Shown: piece by piece, positions 7,277 to 14,511 of the stretch | How the letters are laid out: each line of letters starts with the position of its first letter | How positions within the stretch are numbered: the stretch's first letter is position 1 | Assembly (NCBI GenBank): GCA_001803235.1 | Contig: MHBL01000202.1 | Location: 1 to 24,021, forward strand | Origin: Lentisphaerae bacterium RIFOXYA12_64_32 | GTDB lineage: Bacteria > Verrucomicrobiota > Lentisphaeria > Oligosphaerales > YB12-FULL-65-16 | Reading direction: 5' to 3' | Length of the DNA stretch: 24,021 nt | Translations under genes and position numbers: made by a program | Notes under the pieces: model-generated | Told to the model about the DNA's origin: nothing | Seen by the model: only the letters and a program-made list of their open reading frames with translations | Database searches by the model: none

Positions 7277-8770
7277 TCACGGGTCCAGGACCTGCATGTC
7301 GTCCAGGGTCAGGCTGTCGACCAGTTCGAGCACGGGCAGGCACAGGTCAGCCACTGGCGAGGCGGTCGCCAGTGCGCTCTTGGTCAGGGCGATGTGCGTC
7401 GCGTCGAACCGGCCCAGCGCCGGGTCGACCGGCAGCCACACGTCGGGTGCCACGAGCAGTTCGGCCCAGACGTGAAACACGAACGCGCCGGTCTCGTGTC
7501 GTTCCCCGAAGGTGACGTTGCTCATGTACGCCAGGCCGACCACGAGCCGCGACGGAATGCCCAGGGCGCGGGCCAGCGCGGCGACCAGCACGCTGTGCTC
7601 GGAGCAGTCGCCGCGCAGGGCGCGGGCCGTCTCCAGGGCGCTGGCAAACCCCATGTCGAGGGTCTTGGAGACAATCTTGCCGCGCACGTAGCTCTCGAGC
7701 CGCCGCGCCAGCGCGACCGAGTTGCGCTCCTCGCCCGCGGCCTCACGCGCCATGTCCTGGAGCAAAGGCTGGTCTGCCTCGAGGAACGGTGTGGGCCGGA
7801 GGTAATCGGCCAGGCCGGCGCCGTTCCGGAAGGGGACGGCGTAGCCCGCGACCCACGAGTCGGGCGGCGGCGTACTCACCGTCACGTCGGCCTGGCCCGC
7901 CGCAATAGCCGTCACCTGCTGCAGGGCATCGGCACAGAGCCGCGCCTCCGCGCCCGGGGTGCAGCGGAGGCGGTAGCGGGCTCGCCGGACGGCCCGCGGC
8001 GCCGGAATGCGCGCCGGCGCGGCAACCATCGCGGACGTCATCAACTCGACAGCGGTAGACGGAAGCAACGCCTCTTCCTTGGAGCAGCGCAAGATGCGCA
8101 CCGGCCCCAGCAGCGGGATCTCGATGCGGGTGAGCAGTGCCCGGCCCTGTTCGTCGAGCCACTGCAGGTCCGGGTGCAGCGGGCGGATTTCCGTCGTCTG
8201 CGTCAGACGCTGCAAGGAGCGGGTTTCCGCGGCCAGTTCGACGTCCTCGACGGAACCGAATTCGATCCGAGTGACCACACCGCGGGCGAGCTCGGGCGCA
8301 AACACCAGTTCGGAAAAGCTGTGACCGGCTCCGCGAGCGCGCTCGGCCACAATGCGTCGCAGCATGGCTCGGGGGCCGCGCGCCGCGGCCGGGAGTGGAA
8401 CTTCACTATCGTAGCCGGCACTGTGCAGACGCAGCCGCTCGCCGTCTGCCGTGCCTTCCACCGCCGCCGACGTCTTGAGTTGGCCGCCCGAGAACGAATC
8501 GAGCCGATACTGGTAATGCCGAACCAGCCCGGCAGTGTCTTCACCGACCCGAACGTGTTCGTGGAACTCAACCAACTCGCCGCCGCGCTTGAAGCCCAAC
8601 ACGGTCTCCCACTCGCTGGCAAAGTGCCCGTCCGGGCCAGGCACCGTGTCGAAGCGTTGGTGCATGTGCCCAATCTTCTCGGTCCCGAACCAGATCGATC
8701 CCCAGAATTCCGATAACGGTTCCATATCCATCTCTGCGGCAGATATTAACCGACTGCACAGGAGCAGCAT
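7277..8770 (-). CDS. Transglutaminase-like superfamily protein (Cys-His-Asp core) with a large N-terminal domain of unknown function
   Basis: The C-terminal region has GDCSEHSVLVAALARALGIPSRLVVG, then FVFHVWAE and PVDP, matching the transglutaminase-like Cys/His/Asp core. The ORF is open to a GTG at 8950, but the first 60 codons are Arg/Cys-rich junk. I chose the ATG giving MLLLCSRLISAAEMDMEP (about 8770), which has a hydrophobic N-terminus. ATGs at about 8728 and 8722 are alternatives. No strong Shine-Dalgarno precedes any of them. Confidence 0.7.
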   Translation of the reverse strand: MLLLCSRLISAAEMDMEPLSEFWGSIWFGTEKIGHMHQRFDTVPGPDGHFASEWETVLGFKRGGELVEFHEHVRVGEDTAGLVRHYQYRLDSFSGGQLKTSAAVEGTADGERLRLHSAGYDSEVPLPAAARGPRAMLRRIVAERARGAGHSFSELVFAPELARGVVTRIEFGSVEDVELAAETRSLQRLTQTTEIRPLHPDLQWLDEQGRALLTRIEIPLLGPVRILRCSKEEALLPSTAVELMTSAMVAAPARIPAPRAVRRARYRLRCTPGAEARLCADALQQVTAIAAGQADVTVSTPPPDSWVAGYAVPFRNGAGLADYLRPTPFLEADQPLLQDMAREAAGEERNSVALARRLESYVRGKIVSKTLDMGFASALETARALRGDCSEHSVLVAALARALGIPSRLVVGLAYMSNVTFGERHETGAFVFHVWAELLVAPDVWLPVDPALGRFDATHIALTKSALATASPVADLCLPVLELVDSLTLDDMQVLDP

Positions 8771-8981
8771 TATGACGGCAGCGCTTCGTCGCGAGAGCCT
8801 GCCGACGCCCGAGTCGTTCCGTTGTGCTCTTCCTGTCTGCACGAGTGCTGCCGCGGTGTGTGCCATGTGCGGACTCCGCACCCACCGGCCACGCCTACAG
8901 CACGGAGGCCTTCTGTTCCGCTGAGGTTTAAGGTTACATAGGCGCGGCACAATTACAAGACCGGCGGGGTCGGCGAGGGTA

Positions 8982-9222
8982 ATGCGTCAGCACGTCCCGG
9001 CCGGTGGACCGGCCGATCATAGGCTGACGTTACTCGCACCGGTTCGCGCCGCCGCGGGTCTTGCGCCCGCGGGGCGACGATTGGGAAAAAGAGAGGGGCG
9101 TCCGTCGCCTCCCCCCTTCCCAATCGTCGCCCCACGGGCGCAAGACCCGCGGCGGCGCGGACGGACGCGAGTAACATCCACACATGACCGGGCCGTCTGC
9201 GGCCCGGGCACGCTGACGCAAT
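8982..9222 (+). repeat. Long palindromic element E1: a 104-bp outer arm, a ~33-bp loop that is itself a hairpin, and a diverged inner arm
   Basis: Outer arm 8982..9085 (ATGCGTCAGCACGTCCCGGCCGGTGGACCGGCCGATCATAGGCTGACGTTACTCGC...GGGGCGACGATTGGG) pairs with inner arm 9119..~9222 (CCCAATCGTCGCCCCACGGGCGCAAGACCCGCGGCGGCG...GCGAGTAAC). The core 39 bp pair with 1 mismatch; the distal parts are weaker. ORFs translated across it on both strands give mirror-image peptides ([13 protein letters not shown]), so they are artefacts. Confidence 0.75.
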
Positions 9223-9245
9223 ACTGGCACGGGGCGGTGCATCTT

Positions 9246-9275
9246 TTGGCATTCCGCGCGCGTTCCGTGTATCTT
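9246..9275 (+). promoter_or_regulatory. Candidate sigma70-like promoter TTGGCA-N18-TATCTT, about 45 nt upstream of the DUF1559 gene
   Basis: Consensus match by eye only. It lies between element E1 and the AGGAG Shine-Dalgarno of the gene at 9321. Confidence 0.2.
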
Positions 9276-9320
9276 ACGAACAGACACCGGATTTGTCAAC
9301 CCCCCGTGCCAGGAGACGAT

Positions 9321-10040
9321 ATGATGCGCACTTCGCACGATCGCCGATTCACCCTGATCGAACTTCTCGTCGTCATTGCCATCATCGCGATCCTGGCGTC
9401 GCTGCTGTTGCCGGCGCTGGCCATGGCCAAGGAGAAGGCGCGCAAGGAGGTGTGCGCCGGGAACATCAAGCAGGTAACGAGCGCCAGCTTCATGTATATC
9501 GACGACAATGACGGCTGGTGGCTCGAAAGCCCGCCGGTGCGCGCTGACGATCCCGCCGTTGGGTGGCGGCCGGATCTGGCGCGCGTCGCGCCGCAGGCCC
9601 TGATCCTGCCGTACCTCGGGAACTTCGAGGTCTGGGTCTGCCCGTCCCGGATCGACCGGCGGCCATGGACTTCGGGCGGGCACCCGATGTGGGGTGCTGA
9701 CGCGTACCCGGACGAGTTTGCCGGCAAGTGCCTGTCGTACGGGCCCGGCATGAAGGGGCCCAGCAACACGGGCGTCCCCACGGGCTACAAGGTCGACCCC
9801 GAACTGCGGCGGCGAAAACACGCTTCGAACGAGGAACTGATGTGGGGCGATATGCCGTACCCTAACTTCCTGCTCCCTGACCACTGCCTGGCCTACCCGA
9901 AGCTGCTGCATCCGAATGCCTGCAACTGGGCCACGATGCAGTCGGATTCGTTCACGGCCCACATCAACGGCAGCAACGTGAGTTACTTCGATGGCCACTG
10001 CTACTTCATGAACGCAGCGCAGATCATCGCTAAGTACTGA
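9321..10040 (+). CDS. DUF1559 family protein with a prepilin-type N-terminal cleavage/methylation domain and a C-terminal H-X9-DG motif
   Basis: ATG at 9321 has an AGGAG Shine-Dalgarno 5 nt upstream. The N-terminus [33 protein letters not shown] is a classic type-IV-pilin-like leader. The C-terminus [12 protein letters not shown] is an exact H-X9-DG. The 113 codons upstream in the same ORF (from 8982) lie inside palindromic element E1 and are rejected. Confidence 0.85.
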   Translation: MMRTSHDRRFTLIELLVVIAIIAILASLLLPALAMAKEKARKEVCAGNIKQVTSASFMYIDDNDGWWLESPPVRADDPAVGWRPDLARVAPQALILPYLGNFEVWVCPSRIDRRPWTSGGHPMWGADAYPDEFAGKCLSYGPGMKGPSNTGVPTGYKVDPELRRRKHASNEELMWGDMPYPNFLLPDHCLAYPKLLHPNACNWATMQSDSFTAHINGSNVSYFDGHCYFMNAAQIIAKY

Positions 10041-10189
10041 ACGGGCACGCAGCAAACCGGCGGCGCTGAGGCAGTACTGTGATGCGTCAGTCGCGGGTGC
10101 GCGTTTGTCCGAGCCGCGCGTGTCAGCAAGCGGCCTCCCAGAGACCGCTCCCTCATCCCGCCCGTCGGGCGGGACGGCTCGGCTGGATG

Positions 10190-10418
10190 CCTGTTGCGGT
10201 ACGTCCTGCACCCGTGACTCCCATGTTACTCGCGCGCCATCCTGCGCCGCCGCCCGGCTGGTCCGGGCGGGGCGACGATTGGGGGAAGAGGGGCGGGCGT
10301 CCGCGCCCTCTTCCCCCAATCGTCGCCCCGCGGGCGCAAGACCCGCGGCGGCGCGAACCGGTGCGAGTAACGTCAACCTATGATCGGCCGGTCCACCGGC
10401 CGGGACGTGCTGACGCAT
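10190..10418 (-). repeat. Long palindromic element E2, inverted relative to E1
   Basis: Outer arm 10315..10418 is the reverse complement of E1 outer arm 8982..9085 with 1 mismatch in 104 (GTCAACC versus GTCAGCC). The inner arm at about 10223..10290 (ATGTTACTCGCGCGCC...GGGGCGACGATTGGGGG) is diverged. The loop GGGGAAGAGGGGCGGGCGTCCGCGCCCTCTTCCCCC is itself a hairpin. Confidence 0.75.
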
Positions 10419-10441
10419 CATGCAGTACTTCCGCCCTGCAC

Positions 10442-10470
10442 TTGCGCTTGCCGGGGGAACAGGATACAAT
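10442..10470 (+). promoter_or_regulatory. Candidate promoter TTGCGC-N17-TACAAT, about 95 nt upstream of the 10566 gene
   Basis: TACAAT at 10465..10470 matches the -10 consensus well. The -35 is weak. Match by eye only. Confidence 0.25.
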
Positions 10471-10565
10471 AGAACCAAGCGGAAAAGGGGTCGGTCGTCT
10501 CGGGAAGGCCGGCATGTGCGTCCCTGTCCGTGTGTCCAGGCCGACGGCACGGGAGGTGCCAGTAT

Positions 10566-11213
10566 ATGGCCCACAACCCCGTATTGGACCGCGTGGCGGA
10601 CAAGATGAAGCAGGCGCTGCGCGACCAGGCCAAGGCGTCTGTCGAGGCGCTGGCGGGCAAAGCCAAGCAGGCGGTGGCCGAAGCGGTTCCGGCCCCGGCT
10701 CAGCCGTCTCCGTCGCGGTTCGCCGCCGGACCGGCTTTTCGCAGCACCATTCCCTGCTCCGCCGCGGCAAAGGACCGGGCGCTGGTGATTCTGTGCAGCA
10801 GCGGCACGTTTCAGCGGCAGTGCCACGAGTTCCTGACCGCCGGGCTGCGTCTCGATGACTACGATTTGGTGGCCGTGCCGGGCGGCGTGCAGTGGCTGGC
10901 ATTGCCGGACATTCTGCCGAAGCACCACAAGGTCGCGCGCTGGATGACCGAGTACCTGCTGCGCAAGCACAGCGTGCGCCGCGTCATCTGTATTGCACAC
11001 CAGAACTGCTCGGCGTACGAGGACCAGAGCACGCTCGGTACCCTGGCGCACATGGTCACGGGCAAGAGCACGTTCGAGCACCAGCTCGAGCAGTTGCGGC
11101 ATGTGGGCAACGACCTGACGTCCCTGTTCGGCGTCGGAGTCGAGCTGTACTATGCCGCGGTGGAGAACGGGGACGTCGTGTTCCATTCCGTGCCAACGGA
11201 AAAGGGAGTGTAG
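10566..11213 (+). CDS. Hypothetical cytoplasmic protein with an N-terminal amphipathic helix, a Pro-rich linker and a ~150-aa domain that resembles a beta-carbonic-anhydrase zinc site but lacks the catalytic Asp/Arg dyad
   Basis: ATG at 10566 has GGGAGGTG 9 nt upstream; the ORF's upstream ATG at 10530 has no Shine-Dalgarno. LVILCSSGTF...DYDLVAVPGG...RRVICIAHQNCSAY aligns, from memory, with beta-CA blocks LFISCSDSRL...DLFVIRNAGN...IVICGHSNCGAM. Cys, His-x-x-Cys and Asn are retained, while the CxDxR Asp and Arg are replaced by Ser and Thr. Confidence 0.65.
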   Translation: MAHNPVLDRVADKMKQALRDQAKASVEALAGKAKQAVAEAVPAPAQPSPSRFAAGPAFRSTIPCSAAAKDRALVILCSSGTFQRQCHEFLTAGLRLDDYDLVAVPGGVQWLALPDILPKHHKVARWMTEYLLRKHSVRRVICIAHQNCSAYEDQSTLGTLAHMVTGKSTFEHQLEQLRHVGNDLTSLFGVGVELYYAAVENGDVVFHSVPTEKGV

Positions 11214-11364
11214 CGGGCGCCGAGCCGACCGGACGATGTCGAGCGCCGCTGCCGCGGTGGCGAAAATCGGCGTGCAGTGAGTCTGGTTGCTTGGGAACGG
11301 GTGGCGACCGTCGCACTCGGTGGTGCGCCTTAAGGCAGGCAAGGCTCGATTCAGGAGAAACAGC

Positions 11365-11889
11365 ATGGCCGGATACGTATTTCTGGGGTTGTTCGTGTTC
11401 TCGGTCGTGTTCTCGATCGGCGCGTTCCTGTTCGGGCACGATTCGGATCATGACGTCGGCAGCGACCACGGCGGCGGCGATATCGGGGGAATGCCGAGTA
11501 TTTTCAGCAGCCGCGTCATTTCGCTGTTCCTGCTCGGGTTCAGCGGCATGGGGCTGATCGCGCACTACTCCTGGCATCTGACCGCCGGCGGGGCGACGCT
11601 GTGCGGGTTGGGGGCGGGGATCGTGCTCGGTGCCCTGGCCTACGGAATGTGCGCCATGTTTTTCTGCGAGCAGGCCAGTTCGCTCCCGAGTTCGGCGGAC
11701 TATGCGGGGCTGGAGGGGCGTGTCTGCACGAACATCCCGGAAAAGGGAACGGGCGAAATCAGCGTGACCGTCAAGGAACAGCGCCGCACCATTTTTGCCG
11801 TCTCGGCGGACGGCAGTGCCATACACGAGGGGCAGCCGGTGAAGATCGTCAGCGCTTCCGGCGGCACGGCTACGGTGACCCGAGTCTGA
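11365..11889 (+). CDS. NfeD-like membrane protein (short form, YuaF-like): N-terminal transmembrane helices plus C-terminal OB-fold
   Basis: ATG at 11365 has an AGGAG Shine-Dalgarno 7 nt upstream. Hydrophobic segments are YVFLGLFVFSVVFSIGAFLFG and ISLFLLGFSGMGLIAHY. The C-terminal beta-rich region is EISVTVKEQRRTIFAVSADGSAIHEGQPVKIV. The gene sits immediately upstream of a flotillin gene, the conserved NfeD-SPFH pairing. Confidence 0.8.
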   Translation: MAGYVFLGLFVFSVVFSIGAFLFGHDSDHDVGSDHGGGDIGGMPSIFSSRVISLFLLGFSGMGLIAHYSWHLTAGGATLCGLGAGIVLGALAYGMCAMFFCEQASSLPSSADYAGLEGRVCTNIPEKGTGEISVTVKEQRRTIFAVSADGSAIHEGQPVKIVSASGGTATVTRV

Positions 11890-11959
11890 CGCGGAGCAGT
11901 GGGCGGGTGGAGGACGACTCCATGGCCCGTCGTGGATGAATTGTGAGGAGGAACTGAGC

Positions 11960-13696
11960 ATGCCGAACGTCATTGCCGGTGGAGTTGTCATTGTTGTGTC
12001 GTTGGTTTTGGCGCTGGTGGTTCTGGGTGCGCTGTGGGCCATGGCCAAGCGCTACAAGAAGGTGCCGCCCAACGAGGTCATGGTCGTGTACGGCCGCAAG
12101 CGGCGTACGTCGGATGGCAAGGTGGTCGGTTACCGCGTCATCACCGGTGGCGCGGCGTTCATCTGGCCGCTGTTCGAGGAATACCGCCTGATCTCGCTGA
12201 ACCTGATACAGATCCCGCTGAAGATCGAGAACACGCCGAACATCGATGGCGTGCTGATCACCGTCGAGGCGGTGGGCAACGTGAAGATCTCCAGCGACCC
12301 GGAGTTGCTGGGCGCGGCGATCGAGCGTTTCCTCGGCTACGACACCAATGAGATCGAGCGGCAGATTCACGATATCCTCGAAGGCCAGATGCGTCAGATC
12401 ATCGGCACGCTGCAGGTCGAAGAGATCGTGCAGAAGCGTGAGAAGATCACGGAGCAGGTGACCCAGAACGCGACCATGGACCTGTCCAAGATCGGTATCC
12501 GCTGCGACCTGATCGTGGTCAACCGCATTTCGGACAACCTGGGCTACATCGAGGCCCTGGGCAAGAAGCGCACCGCCGAGGTTATCCGCGACGCGAGCAT
12601 CGGCGAGGCCGAGGCGCAGCGCGATGCCACGATCAAGGCGTCGAACGCCATCCGTGAAGGGGAACAGACGCGCCTGGACAACGAGGCGCAGATCGCCGCC
12701 GCACAACGTGACCTGGACATGAAGAAGGCTCAGTACCATGCCTTGGTAGCTGAGCAACAGGCGACCGCCGCACAGGCTGGCCCGAAGGCCAACGCCATGG
12801 CCATGCAGGAGGTCAAGAAGCAGGAAGTGAAGGTGCAGGAGATCGAGACCGAGGCGCGCATCGCGGTGTCGATCAAGGAAGCGGAGCGCAAGCAGAAGGA
12901 ACTGATTGCCACGCAGATTCGACCGGCCGAGGCGCAGAAGGACGCGATCGTGCTGGTGGCGGAAGGCGAAGCGAACGCCGCGGTGGTGCGGGCCGAGGCC
13001 GAAGCCAAGGCGGCGCGGATCCAGGCGGAAGGTCAGCGGGCGGCGCAGATTGCCCTGGCTGAAGCGGAACGGGTCCGGCTGTCTGCCGAAGGCGAAGGTC
13101 AGGCGAACGCCGACCGTGCCAAGCGCCAGGCGGCGGGCGAAGGTGAAGCGCTGGCGGTCAAGGCGCGCGGTGAGGCCGAAGGCGCGGCCATCCGGGCGCG
13201 CGGCGAAGCTGAAGGTGCGTCCATCCGTGCGAAAGGCTTGGCGGAAGGCGAAGCCATCCAGGCCAAACTGGTGGCTGAGGCTGAAGGTATCCTGAAAAAG
13301 GCCGAAGCGTACAAGGCCATGGACCGTGCCGCCATGGTGCAGATGATCCTGGAAAAGGCACCCATGCTGATCCAGGAACTCGGTGCGGCGCTGAATCAGG
13401 CCCTGACCCCGGTTGGCGAACTGGGCAAGGGCATCGGCACCGGCCTGGGCAACATCGACAAGGTCAACATCATTGACATGGGCGGGAGCGGCGGCAGCAA
13501 GGATGGGCAGGGTGCCGTGACGCGTTACGCCATGACCGTTCCGGAAGTGCTCTTCGGGATCCTCGCCAAGATGAAGACGGTCGGTATCGACGTCGATGCA
13601 CTGCTGAAGAAGACAGGGATCGATCCGGCCAAGATGAACGACCTGATCGGCATGCCGCCGGCAGCGCCGGCAGCGAAGAAAGCCGACGAGGCCTGA
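11960..13696 (+). CDS. Flotillin-like SPFH/band-7 domain protein (FloT/YuaG-like) with a long Ala/Glu-rich coiled-coil repeat region
   Basis: ATG at 11960 has a GAGGAGG Shine-Dalgarno 8 nt upstream. An N-terminal transmembrane/hairpin segment is followed by an SPFH core (VVYGRKRR...ITVEAVGNVKI...) and by EA repeats (AEGEANAAVVRAEAEAKAARIQAEGQRAAQIALAEAER...). The nucleotide-level periodicity here is coding. Confidence 0.9.
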   Translation: MPNVIAGGVVIVVSLVLALVVLGALWAMAKRYKKVPPNEVMVVYGRKRRTSDGKVVGYRVITGGAAFIWPLFEEYRLISLNLIQIPLKIENTPNIDGVLITVEAVGNVKISSDPELLGAAIERFLGYDTNEIERQIHDILEGQMRQIIGTLQVEEIVQKREKITEQVTQNATMDLSKIGIRCDLIVVNRISDNLGYIEALGKKRTAEVIRDASIGEAEAQRDATIKASNAIREGEQTRLDNEAQIAAAQRDLDMKKAQYHALVAEQQATAAQAGPKANAMAMQEVKKQEVKVQEIETEARIAVSIKEAERKQKELIATQIRPAEAQKDAIVLVAEGEANAAVVRAEAEAKAARIQAEGQRAAQIALAEAERVRLSAEGEGQANADRAKRQAAGEGEALAVKARGEAEGAAIRARGEAEGASIRAKGLAEGEAIQAKLVAEAEGILKKAEAYKAMDRAAMVQMILEKAPMLIQELGAALNQALTPVGELGKGIGTGLGNIDKVNIIDMGGSGGSKDGQGAVTRYAMTVPEVLFGILAKMKTVGIDVDALLKKTGIDPAKMNDLIGMPPAAPAAKKADEA

Positions 13697-13802
13697 TCGG
13701 GACCGCGGCGTTGGGTCGCGCTTCCCCCCCCGGCGGCCGAGAGCTGTCTCAGGCGAAGTTGCTGTTTCCGCCCGCCGGCACTGGGACGCGACTGATCGCG
13801 CA

Positions 13803-13950
13803 GTGGCTCGGCGCGTCCCGCGCCGAAGCGGGGTGCGCCGGCCGGCTCTGTCCGGCGAAGCTGCTCGCGCGAAGACGGATCTCCGGCCGAGGTGCTCGGG
13901 CCGGGACGGCCCCGAGCACCCTGCTGCGGTCCCGGAGGTCCCGCGCCACT
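13803..13950 (+). repeat. REP/MITE-like interspersed element, copy B (full length, 148 bp)
   Basis: GTGGCTCGGCGCGTCCCGCGCCGAAGCGGGGTGC ... CCGGCCGAGGTGCTCGGGCCGGGACGGCCCCGAGCACCCTGCTGCGGTCCCGGAGGTCCCGCGCCACT. Both conserved end-blocks are shared with the inverted copy at 17629..17743. The 3' half is shared with 4089..4162. It lies about 105 nt downstream of the flotillin stop. Confidence 0.7.
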
Positions 13951-14211
13951 CCCCGCCGCTGCGCACAACCGCGAGCAGATGTATATCCTGGCGCCCATCG
14001 CGCAGCTTTCTCTATCTGTAGATTCTCGCGTACAGCCCGAAAAAAAACGCGCGCGGTCATGGAACCCCCGGCAATTGCCGGGGTCTTACACTGCAGGACG
14101 AGATGAAGGAACCCGGTGAAACCGACCGTGACCAAGCCCTCGGCAAAACGAAGTCGAGGATAAGATAAGAGGAGTCAGAACCAGCAACCAGCTCAGCAAT
14201 GTAAGTCCCTT

Positions 14212-14263
14212 AGCCCTGACAGGTCCCCCTCCCTCCCCCCTTCTTCCCCTACCTGTCAGGGCT
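14212..14263 (+). repeat. Hairpin with a 13-bp perfect stem (AGCCCTGACAGGT / ACCTGTCAGGGCT) around a 26-nt C/T-rich loop, followed by TTTCCTTTTCC; terminator-like
   Basis: Read directly from the sequence. It shares the TGTCAGGGCT motif with the left boundary of the MITE at 14512. Confidence 0.3.
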
Positions 14264-14346
14264 TTCCTTTTCCGGAACTCAACTCTTGGCTTCCGTTTGC
14301 CACCTGTGCAGGGTTGTCGGCGCTTGTTTCTGACGCCACGATGTGC

Positions 14347-14487
14347 GGGACGGGTGTCGGGTGTCGAGGGGGGGAGCGTCCTTGAACACTGAACACTCTC
14401 CGAGCGTGGTCTTCGTACCATCCACACTGCCCTTTCGCGGCAGGTCCAGCCTGATAGGCGTGCCCCTCGACACCCGACACTCGTCCC
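14347..14487. repeat. 25-bp inverted repeat pair (1 mismatch; core 18 bp perfect GTGTCGGGTGTCGAGGGG) flanking 91 bp; MITE-like or structured-RNA-like element
   Basis: Left arm 14347..14371, right arm 14463..14487. There is no obvious target-site duplication. The interior contains GAACACTGAACAC. Confidence 0.5.
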
Positions 14488-14511
14488 CTTCTTCCGCCAT
14501 GCCCCGCGCCC

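Noticed and set aside
4026-7475. 1149-aa plus-strand ORF opposite the beta-helix gene
   Set aside because: It mirrors the 1005-aa minus-strand gene, which has a signal peptide, beta-helix repeats, domain duplication and a strong Shine-Dalgarno. The plus frame is compositionally biased with no motifs. The same reasoning rejects 7394..8716 (+) opposite the transglutaminase-like gene, 9030..11366 (-), 11870..13966 (-) opposite the flotillin gene, 16634..17743 (-) opposite the SBP gene, 20945..22738 (+) opposite the kinase, and the many 60-250-aa ORFs nested in real genes.
8771-8950. GTG start at 8950 for the transglutaminase-like gene
   Set aside because: The first 60 codons ([22 protein letters not shown]...) are not protein-like. 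The internal ATG at about 8770 gives a hydrophobic N-terminus and was preferred, though without Shine-Dalgarno support.
8953-9252. Short ORFs across the palindromic elements (8953..9252 -, the first 113 codons of 8982..10040 +, 10079..10858 +, 10105..10383 +) giving similar peptides such as [13 protein letters not shown] on both strands
   Set aside because: Near-identical peptides on both strands are the expected artefact of translating a DNA palindrome. There is no Shine-Dalgarno, and the real DUF1559 start at 9321 has one.
12900-13320. Nucleotide-level periodic repeats (GAAGGCGAAG / GAGGCCGAAGG...) that might be mistaken for a CRISPR or tandem-repeat array
   Set aside because: They are the coding sequence of the flotillin Ala/Glu-rich coiled-coil repeats. 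They are in frame, degenerate and lack unique spacers.
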